A stretch of DNA of 64,000 nt from Clostridiales bacterium (GTDB lineage: Bacteria; Bacillota; Clostridia; Saccharofermentanales; Saccharofermentanaceae): NCBI GenBank assembly GCA_017527865.1, contig JAFXPN010000041.1, positions 6,263 to 70,262 of the forward strand, given 5' to 3'. The notes beneath the pieces are model-generated. The model ran no database searches. It worked only from the letters and a program-made list of their open reading frames with translations, and had not been told where the DNA came from. Made by a program: the position numbers and the translations under genes. Numbering within the stretch: position 1 is the first letter of the stretch; each line of letters opens with the position of its first letter. Below are positions 1-6,702 of the stretch, piece after piece.

Positions 1-223
1 TGAACCACTCGGGGTGGAAGATCCCACCGCCGGGCCAGGGGAGGTTTGTAAGGAGCATACCGAATGCGATAGGAAGCAGGAGCAAAGGCTCGAATTCTTT
101 TCTGATGGCAAGATAGAAAAGAACGAACGCAGCCAATATCATCAGCGCGTTTTTCCATCCGTCATCTATGAAAAACTGGGCTATACCCGAGTTATTCCAT
201 AAATCTAATAATACATCAATCAT
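1..223 (-). CDS. Na+-translocating decarboxylase beta subunit (OadB/GcdB/MmdB family), N-terminal part only; gene runs off the window start
   Basis: Absent from the ORF track because no stop lies in the window. The reverse strand from the ATG at 221-223, with GGAGG 7 nt upstream, reads MIDVLLDLWNNSGIAQFFIDDGWKNALMILAAFVLFYLAIRKEFEPLLLLPIAFGMLLTNLPWPGGGIFHPEWF. This is hydrophobic and matches the typical beta-subunit N-terminus. It is the last gene of a carboxyltransferase-gamma-BCCP-beta order. Confidence 0.7.
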   Translation of the reverse strand, partial: MIDVLLDLWNNSGIAQFFIDDGWKNALMILAAFVLFYLAIRKEFEPLLLLPIAFGMLLTNLPWPGGGIFHPEWF

Positions 224-239
224 ATGCTGGCCTCCGTGA

Positions 240-638
240 TCATGAAATGGTCACAAGAGGAGCACCGGTATCGACGCTCGCGCCCTTGCTCGTGAGAATC
301 TGAGCCACTGTTCCCGCGCAGGGTGCGTAGATCTCGTTCTCCATCTTCATTGCCTCGAGAATGACAACAAGGTCACCCTCCTTAACCTGCTGGCCTGCGG
401 TAACCTTTATATCAAGGATAGTACCGGGCATAGGTGAGTTAACGGGTGTTGTGCCTGCCTGTACAGAAGCCGAAGGCGCTGCAGGAGCAGCAGGTGCAGG
501 TGCGGCGGGAGCTGCGGCAACAGGAGCAGCCGCAGGAGCGGGAGCTGCTTGAACAGCAGTTGTTCTGATAAGGTTGGCTTTACCCTTCTCTACCTCTACT
601 TCATAAACTTTGTCATTAATTGTTACGTTATAAATCAT
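240..638 (-). CDS. Biotin carboxyl carrier protein (stand-alone biotinyl domain with Ala/Pro linker)
   Basis: 132 aa with an AAPAPAAAPVAAAP linker and a C-terminal biotinylation motif, VVILEAMKMENEI. AAGGAGAGG RBS upstream. Confidence 0.85.
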   Translation of the reverse strand: MIYNVTINDKVYEVEVEKGKANLIRTTAVQAAPAPAAAPVAAAPAAPAPAAPAAPSASVQAGTTPVNSPMPGTILDIKVTAGQQVKEGDLVVILEAMKMENEIYAPCAGTVAQILTSKGASVDTGAPLVTIS

Positions 639-653
639 GATTAATTCCTCTCC

Positions 654-1070
654 TTACTTCTCGTCAACGAGCTTGATCGACTTGAATACGAGTTCAGACA
701 GCGGGATACCGGTATTATCGGAAACGATAGCCATGATCATGGCCGCCGTCTTCTCATCACAGCCCTTGAGCTTCAGTGTTCCGGAAGAGAACTCCTCACC
801 CGGATCCTCAGCCTTTGTCTCAACTGCGGGAGCAGACTTGACCTCGGCCTTAGGCTCTTCCTTCTTGGAACCGCCGATAGCCTGACCCGATATACCGGCA
901 ATGACCTTACCTGCAAGGGAGATCAGTAAATACATAAGGAAGAGAACCCCGAATACGACGAGCATGACGATGCCGGCATCCATTAACATATCGCCCGCGC
1001 CCATCTGGGGCTTGAACAATGTAAATGTCTCACCGCCGTTCTCAGAGGCGAAACGGATAATATCCATCAT
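654..1070 (-). CDS. Decarboxylase gamma subunit (OadG-like small membrane anchor)
   Basis: 138 aa with one N-proximal TM helix (GIVMLVVFGVLFLMYLLISLAG) and an OadG-like C-terminal DEKTAAMIMAIVSD segment. TGATG overlap with the upstream carboxyltransferase gene. Confidence 0.6.
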   Translation of the reverse strand: MMDIIRFASENGGETFTLFKPQMGAGDMLMDAGIVMLVVFGVLFLMYLLISLAGKVIAGISGQAIGGSKKEEPKAEVKSAPAVETKAEDPGEEFSSGTLKLKGCDEKTAAMIMAIVSDNTGIPLSELVFKSIKLVDEK

Positions 1071-2449
1071 CAGTCCTCCTTCTTCTCTATCGTGTAGTTA
1101 ACTGTGTTGGATTCCTTCTCCTCGCGGGCTTCGAAGAACTTCTCAGCTACCTGAGGGAAAGAGATATAGGAGAGGACATCCTCATCACATCTCGCCTTAT
1201 CGCCGAGTTCTGCCTTGGTCTTCTCGAACACAGGCTCAAGAGTGTCGGCGAATCTGCATGTGATGATCTCGTCTTCTTTCCAGAACTGAGCGATAAGATC
1301 CTTGTTGACTTCACCCGGAGCGCGTCCGTATTCTCCGCGCAGATATGCCTTGGTATCCTTCGTAACATTCTTGTACTTGCCCATCAGTACATTGTTGACG
1401 GCCTGTGTGCCGACAAGCTGTGACATGGGCGTGACAAGCGGCGGGTATCCCAGATCCTTACGAACGTTGGGGATCTCTGCGAGAGCTTCTTCGAACTTAT
1501 CCAGAGCCTTCATGTCGGTCATCTGCTTGAGCATGTTGGAGAACATTCCGCCCGGGAGCTGATAATCGAGTATATCCGTGCGGATACCCATGGACTTGGG
1601 ATTAAGGGTTCCTTCCTTGAGGAACCTGTCCTTGACGGGCGCAAAGTGATCGGCGATCTTCTTAAGAGCTGCGGAATCAAGATCCGTCTCATAGCCTAAC
1701 TGCTCGAGAGCATACTTCATGGTCTCGGTGCACGGCTGAGATGTTCCGCCCGCCATGGGTGAGATAGCGGTATCGATACCGTCACATCCGGCCTCTATTG
1801 CCTTAAGATATGTCATCGGACCTAAGCCTGTCGTATGGTGCGTGTGGAAATAAATCGGAACCTTAACGGAATCCTTCAATGCTTTGACAAGGTCGTATGC
1901 TTCCTGGGGACCGCAGATTCCCGCCATGTCCTTGATGCAGATGGAGTTTACGCCCATCTTCTCAAGCTCCCGGCCCATCTCGGCATATTTCTCTACTGTG
2001 TGAACAGGGCTTGTCGTATAGCAGATACAGCCCTGGGCATGCTTGCCGCACTTTAATGTTTCATCTATCGCAACTTCCAGATTTCTGAAATCATTAAGGG
2101 CATCGAATATCCTGAAGATATCCATGCCGTTCTCTGCGGACTTCCTGACGAACATCCTGACGACATCATCCGGATAATGCTTGTAACCAAGTATATTCTG
2201 GCCTCTGAAGAGCATCTGCAGGGGGGTCTTCTTACATACTGCCTTGATCTTGCGCAGTCTCTCCCACGGATCCTCATCCAGGAATCTTAAGCAGGAATCA
2301 AATGTCGCTCCTCCCCAGCATTCGATCGAATGATAGCCCGCATTATCCATCGTCTCCAGTATGTCTTCAAAATCACTGAAAGGCATACGTGTAGCGATGA
2401 GCGACTGCTGAGCATCACGGACTACCGTCTCGGTAAACTGAACTTTCAT
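1070..2449 (-). CDS. Oxaloacetate decarboxylase alpha / 5S-type carboxyltransferase subunit lacking a biotinyl domain
   Basis: The start was moved to MKVQFTETVVRDAQQSL (ATG 2447-2449, AAGGAG 8 nt upstream). It carries HMGL-like TIM-barrel motifs: RDAQQSLIATR, ICIKDMAG (carbamyl-Lys) and HTHHTTGLG. There is no AMKM motif at the C-terminus. Confidence 0.85.
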   Translation of the reverse strand: MKVQFTETVVRDAQQSLIATRMPFSDFEDILETMDNAGYHSIECWGGATFDSCLRFLDEDPWERLRKIKAVCKKTPLQMLFRGQNILGYKHYPDDVVRMFVRKSAENGMDIFRIFDALNDFRNLEVAIDETLKCGKHAQGCICYTTSPVHTVEKYAEMGRELEKMGVNSICIKDMAGICGPQEAYDLVKALKDSVKVPIYFHTHHTTGLGPMTYLKAIEAGCDGIDTAISPMAGGTSQPCTETMKYALEQLGYETDLDSAALKKIADHFAPVKDRFLKEGTLNPKSMGIRTDILDYQLPGGMFSNMLKQMTDMKALDKFEEALAEIPNVRKDLGYPPLVTPMSQLVGTQAVNNVLMGKYKNVTKDTKAYLRGEYGRAPGEVNKDLIAQFWKEDEIITCRFADTLEPVFEKTKAELGDKARCDEDVLSYISFPQVAEKFFEAREEKESNTVNYTIEKKED

Positions 2450-2488
2450 GTTGTCACGCTCCTTTGGAAATTTTCGCCATTGGAGTAC

Positions 2489-2517
2489 ATTATAATGCAC
2501 AAAGGAACGATTGTGAA
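2489..2517 (-). promoter_or_regulatory. Candidate sigma-A promoter for the decarboxylase operon
   Basis: The minus strand reads TTCACA, a 17-nt spacer, then TATAAT. It lies about 35 nt upstream of the AAGGAG RBS of the carboxyltransferase gene, in the 83-nt gap after the 160-aa ORF. Confidence 0.5.
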
Positions 2518-2532
2518 AACAAAAATATTTGT

Positions 2533-3015
2533 TTAACTGTTCGAGGATCTGTAAAGCTCGGAGACAAGGTCGGTGACGCTGACAAGCTCGAGTTCGTCCC
2601 CTGCTCCGGTATCATCATAATAGACCATCATAGGGATAAGCGACTCCGCCTCGAAAACGACGCTGCATATCCTTTCATTGCGCTTCGGATTGCCCTTGGT
2701 GTAATCCTTAAGGTCCTCTATGAGGAGATTGACTGCTGCGCGCATCGCCTCGTCATCTGTCTTGTCGAGAGCGGCAAAACAGATCTTCTTGCAGTCATCC
2801 ACGGTCATCTTCTTAAGTTCCGGAAGAAGCTTGGGCGAATCATAGAAATAATCTACAACAGGGCATATCTCCTCCTGAAGCGCCTCGCAATAGACCGCTT
2901 CACTTTGCCTCACTATATAAACCATCGAATCCTTCTTTATGTATCCGCCTTCGACATCATCGGTAAGATCGGCGATCATGTCTTCATAATCGATGAATTC
3001 ACAATGCTCTGTCAT
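2533..3015 (-). CDS. Hypothetical acidic cytoplasmic protein (160 aa)
   Basis: Strong TAAGGAGG RBS, and only a 12-nt gap after the pta stop. I recognise no motif. It is very rich in Asp/Glu. Confidence 0.5.
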   Translation of the reverse strand: MTEHCEFIDYEDMIADLTDDVEGGYIKKDSMVYIVRQSEAVYCEALQEEICPVVDYFYDSPKLLPELKKMTVDDCKKICFAALDKTDDEAMRAAVNLLIEDLKDYTKGNPKRNERICSVVFEAESLIPMMVYYDDTGAGDELELVSVTDLVSELYRSSNS

Positions 3016-3027
3016 AGCATATCCTCC

Positions 3028-4029
3028 TTAAGAATCCTGCGCCTGGACGGCAGTCATGGCCACGGTGTTGACTATATCATCTACGGAACAGCCCCGGGAC
3101 AGATCGTTGCAGGGAGCATTAAGGCCCTGCAGGACAGCGAAGCACTCCGCTCCTCCGATCCTCTGGGTGATCTTATAGCCGATGTTTCCTGCCTGAAGAT
3201 CGGGGAAAACAAGGATATTGGCACGTCCTGCGACAGGACTTCCGGGAGCCTTGCTCTGACCGATCTCGGGAACGAGAGCGGCATCAAACTGCATCTCACC
3301 GTCGAGGAGCAGGTCAGGCGCCAGTTCATGAGCCTTAACGACCGCCTCCTGAACCTTGCTTACGAGATCATGCTTGGCAGAACCTTTGGTCGAGAAAGAA
3401 AGCATTGCGACACGGGGTTCTGTGAAACCGCACAGTCTCCTCGCGGTATCTGCGGTCGCAATGGCTATATATGCGAGCTCCTCGGCCGTAGGACACGGCA
3501 TGACAACGCAGTCCGCATAAACGAGAAGACCGTCCTCTCCGAGATCCGGGTTAGGGCAGTCCATGAGAAAGCTTGAAGACACTACCTTCATCTCAGGCTT
3601 AGTCTTGATTATCTGCAAAGCGGGACGGAGCATGTCGCCGGTCGTATGGACCGCGCCCGACACAAGACCGTCGGCATCGCCGCACTTTATCATCATGATG
3701 CCGAAGTACATCGGATCAGCAACGAGCTTAACCGCATCTTCGGGCGTAACGCCCTTAGCCTTACGAAGCTCATAGAGAGTATCTGCATAGAAGGAAGCCT
3801 TATCGCTTGAAGCGGGATCGATGATCTCGATGCCTGTGATATCAGCGCCGACCACGGCTGCAGTCTCATTAACCGAACCGGGGTTACCGATAAGAACAGG
3901 ATCGGCAATTCCCTCTTTCTTAAGAATTGCAGCCGCCTGAACGGTACGCTTCTCGTCACCTTCCGGCAGTACGATACGCTTGATGTCGGATGATGCCTTT
4001 GCCTTGATCTTTTCGATGAGCCTGCTCAT
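3028..4029 (-). CDS. pta: Phosphate acetyltransferase (short Pta type, PTA_PTB family)
   Basis: The start was moved to MSRLIEKIKAK (ATG 4027-4029, GGAGGG RBS). The protein is collinear with clostridial Pta: RIVLPEGDEKR, GLVSGAVHTTGDMLRPALQIIKT, VFPDLQAGNIGYK and NDLSRGCSVDDIVN. Confidence 0.85.
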   Translation of the reverse strand: MSRLIEKIKAKASSDIKRIVLPEGDEKRTVQAAAILKKEGIADPVLIGNPGSVNETAAVVGADITGIEIIDPASSDKASFYADTLYELRKAKGVTPEDAVKLVADPMYFGIMMIKCGDADGLVSGAVHTTGDMLRPALQIIKTKPEMKVVSSSFLMDCPNPDLGEDGLLVYADCVVMPCPTAEELAYIAIATADTARRLCGFTEPRVAMLSFSTKGSAKHDLVSKVQEAVVKAHELAPDLLLDGEMQFDAALVPEIGQSKAPGSPVAGRANILVFPDLQAGNIGYKITQRIGGAECFAVLQGLNAPCNDLSRGCSVDDIVNTVAMTAVQAQDS

Positions 4030-4049
4030 GTTAAAGCCCTCCTGTATTA

Positions 4050-5150
4050 TTAAAGATCTATTCCTTTGAATCCGTTCCAGACGTTCTTTCCGGTGTAAGT
4101 AAGAGGCTCCTTCTGCCCGCGGAGCACCTCGAGTGCGGGAAGCGCCAATGCCTCCTGCTCCATCTCCCCGGGATAAACGCTTATCGGCGCGATAAAACCG
4201 CATCTCTTCTCTATTGTTGCACGCACGTCGTCGAATCTTAACAGTCCGCCCGTAAGAAGGATCCCGTCCACCTTTCCGCACAGGACAGTACTCATCTCAC
4301 CGATCATCTTGCAGATCTGGTAGAGCATCGTGTTCCAGACGAGCGATGCCTTATAGTCGTCCTCGTCAACGAGTTCATGTATCGTATCGGAGTTGGCAGT
4401 CCCGAACAGATCTACGAATCCGCCTGCCCTGGAACAGCGGAGCCTTACGGCATCCGTGCCGTGTTCGTCGATATAGTCGAGCAGCGCCAGAACGGGGACA
4501 GATCCGATCCTGGTCGGCGTAAAAGCGCCCTCACCGTCTGCGCCCATGTTGCCGTCGATCATCCTGCCGTGTTCGTGAGCCGCGACAGTTATGCCTCCGT
4601 CGATGTGAGCGACTATGAGATTCATGTCCTCATACTTTTTCCCGAGGCTCTTCGCATGATATTCGGCAACGGCCTTCTGATTCAAGACATGGGAATGGGA
4701 TACCCTGTATACTCCCTTGATCCCGGTGAGTCTCGCATAGTCGCAGAACTCGTCAACATTAGTAGGATTAAGGGTAAATGCGGGTTTGTTGTACTTCTGC
4801 GCGAACTTCCACGCGAGCATGACACCGAGTTTTGCGGGATGCTCGGAGCCGCCGACTGCAGCTTCGGTATCGTCATACAGTTTCTGATCGATCTTCGTGA
4901 TACCGCCGGGCTGGGTGCACGCGCTTCCTCCCCGTCCGACAAAAGCATCGATATCCTCCGGGGATACCTTCTCTTCCTTCAGCATATTGAGGATAACCTC
5001 ATACCGCATCGGCATCTGAAGGTTCACGTGGGGGAACTTGAGCAGTTCATCCGCATCGTGGAACAGACTCTTCTCGAACAAGACTTTCTCATCTTCGAAA
5101 AGGCTGACCTTGGTTGAGGTCGACCCGGGGTTGATTACCAGCAGTTTCAT
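4050..5150 (-). CDS. buk: Butyrate kinase family (ASKHA) acyl kinase
   Basis: 366 aa. Motifs include MKLLVINPGSTSTKVSLFEDEK, VGRGG, SHSHVLNQKAVA, KKYEDMNLIVAHIDGGITVAAH and ILLTGGL, ending in a VYPGEMEQEALA tail typical of Buk. Confidence 0.85.
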   Translation of the reverse strand: MKLLVINPGSTSTKVSLFEDEKVLFEKSLFHDADELLKFPHVNLQMPMRYEVILNMLKEEKVSPEDIDAFVGRGGSACTQPGGITKIDQKLYDDTEAAVGGSEHPAKLGVMLAWKFAQKYNKPAFTLNPTNVDEFCDYARLTGIKGVYRVSHSHVLNQKAVAEYHAKSLGKKYEDMNLIVAHIDGGITVAAHEHGRMIDGNMGADGEGAFTPTRIGSVPVLALLDYIDEHGTDAVRLRCSRAGGFVDLFGTANSDTIHELVDEDDYKASLVWNTMLYQICKMIGEMSTVLCGKVDGILLTGGLLRFDDVRATIEKRCGFIAPISVYPGEMEQEALALPALEVLRGQKEPLTYTGKNVWNGFKGIDL

Positions 5151-5163
5151 ATAAAGAATCCTC

Positions 5164-5967
5164 TTATCTTAAGAAATATACGAGAGACAGAACGTGACAC
5201 ACCTGGGCCGCGACTACTAGCAGATGCCATACCATATGGGAAAATTTGAATTTCTTTCCCGAATAAAAGAACAGACCGACGGCATAGACAGCCGTTCCGG
5301 CAATGAGAAGCCAGAAACAGGGCGCGGTCGCAGCTTCATGGATCGGCTTCAATATGAACAGACCGATGATGCCCATAATTCCGTATATCATGACTGCGAT
5401 CCGTGATCCGGTCTTATTGTCGGGATACATGAATATCATAAGGAACATCCCGAGCAGCGCGAGCGCAAACTCCGCGATCAGTATCCCGAGTCCCAATCCG
5501 CCTCCGACGATCGACAGACAGACAGGCACAAACACGCCGAAGACTCCAAAATAGACCATTATGTGATCGAGCTTGGCGAATATCCTTTTATGAAGAGATC
5601 CCGGTTTCTGGAAATGGTAGATGGTAGTGAACAAGGACGCAAGAAACCCGAAGAACAGGAAACATGCGACGCCGAGAGAATCGACCTGGCTCATTCCATC
5701 CGGCGCATGCAAATAAGCGCGGACAGCGCCATAAGGCAGCATGATCAAAAGATACAGCGCGAGCACACCTGCCGTAATGGAGTTTCCGACCTCTTCACCG
5801 AAGGTCTCCCTTGTCTTCTCAATGGTGTTCTTTACCCTTCTGGTCTGCCTTTGAAACCAGCTCATCTCGGAAAGACCCATTTCGAGCGGATCGCGACCAG
5901 CCTTAGCGGCTTTCCGGTCACTGTCGCTCGACATCATCTTTTCCCAATGTTTGATATTCTTCGCCAT
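5164..5967 (-). CDS. PAQR / hemolysin-III family membrane protein with N-terminal cytoplasmic extension
   Basis: Seven predicted TM helices. Family motifs are TTIYH, LDHIMVYFGVFG and SHMVWHLLVVAAQVCH. The first-motif His is replaced (GNSITAG). Confidence 0.65.
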   Translation of the reverse strand: MAKNIKHWEKMMSSDSDRKAAKAGRDPLEMGLSEMSWFQRQTRRVKNTIEKTRETFGEEVGNSITAGVLALYLLIMLPYGAVRAYLHAPDGMSQVDSLGVACFLFFGFLASLFTTIYHFQKPGSLHKRIFAKLDHIMVYFGVFGVFVPVCLSIVGGGLGLGILIAEFALALLGMFLMIFMYPDNKTGSRIAVMIYGIMGIIGLFILKPIHEAATAPCFWLLIAGTAVYAVGLFFYSGKKFKFSHMVWHLLVVAAQVCHVLSLVYFLR

Positions 5968-6011
5968 TATTTATACTTCCGTCTGATAGATCCGTAAGAT
6001 TATATTACATA

Positions 6012-6677
6012 TCATTCCTTCGGTCTATCGTAATTCCCGGAAGACCTGTCAGAGGGCGCGGCAGGGACAGGAGCGGATATTACCGTCCCCATGAATTCGG
6101 GAATTGAAGCTTTGCGGACGGTCCCCGCAACCGTTCCGCTGCTCTCCATCGAGGTCTTGTCGATGGATTTAAGGGGATCGTTCTGCTCGGCTATATAGGC
6201 ATTGCGGTAGTATCGTATCACCCTGAAGCCCACATAGATGATGATCGCCGCAGGCATTATCCTCCTGGGAAGGACTTCCGTTAATCCGTCGCCGAGGACA
6301 GGAGTCAGAGGCGCAAAAGGAGCTTCCGCCATTCCGTAGAGTGACCTTAAAAGGAATGCCCATATAACAGAAACGATATTCGCATCCCCTCCCGATAAGC
6401 TCTCTGCCATTCCGGGCAGCACCCAGACGGGAAAGGCTGCGAGAATGCCGTATGCCGCAAGTCCCGCAGTGATCCAGAACTTCTTTTTATATGCCGCGTA
6501 TACCGGGAGAACGGCAAAGATAAGGATAAGATATATCCAGCTCATAACTGTCTCAAAGGTATTGAATTCGCGCGGGACTATGAGCCCGTATACAAAATAG
6601 AGCGGCTTAAAGCATACGTAGAACAGCGATACGCATATACAAAGAAGAAAGACACTTATAAAATAATCTCTTCTCAC
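6012..6677 (-). CDS. Hypothetical polytopic membrane protein (GTG start)
   Basis: 221 aa with about 5 hydrophobic helices and a polar C-terminal tail. No motif recognised. Confidence 0.45.
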   Translation of the reverse strand: MRRDYFISVFLLCICVSLFYVCFKPLYFVYGLIVPREFNTFETVMSWIYLILIFAVLPVYAAYKKKFWITAGLAAYGILAAFPVWVLPGMAESLSGGDANIVSVIWAFLLRSLYGMAEAPFAPLTPVLGDGLTEVLPRRIMPAAIIIYVGFRVIRYYRNAYIAEQNDPLKSIDKTSMESSGTVAGTVRKASIPEFMGTVISAPVPAAPSDRSSGNYDRPKE

Positions 6678-6702
6678 AAAAGCCCCCGCATCATATTATC
6701 CG

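Noticed and set aside
470-545. Short periodic GC-rich repeats (GCAGGAGCAGC-type) at 470-545, and PEPT-coding repeats at about 27290-27430, which could be mistaken for a tandem repeat or CRISPR-like feature.
   Set aside because: Both lie inside ORFs and encode Ala/Pro and Pro/Thr/Glu interdomain linkers, of the BCCP and the CAP-domain protein respectively. There is no spacer-repeat regularity.
2464-3576. Long ORFs antisense to confidently assigned genes. Examples are 2464-3576 (370 aa), 4377-5117, 14284-14913, 17236-17910, 25237-26133, 27366-28073, 49101-49769, 50039-50614, 55445-56083, 57021-57725, 58799-59551, 59662-60372, 60847-61629 and 63173-63976.
   Set aside because: Each lies entirely opposite a gene with clear family motifs. 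Their translations are low-complexity or Arg/Ser/His/Leu-rich with no motifs and no RBS. Shadow ORFs of this kind are expected from the codon bias of this genome.
4030-4281. An 84-codon N-terminal extension of the pta ORF (track 3028-4281) overlapping the 3' end of buk.
   Set aside because: The extension is Arg/Gly-rich nonsense overlapping buk in another frame. A GGAGGG RBS precedes the ATG at 4029, and the protein aligns with Pta from MSRLIEKI onward.
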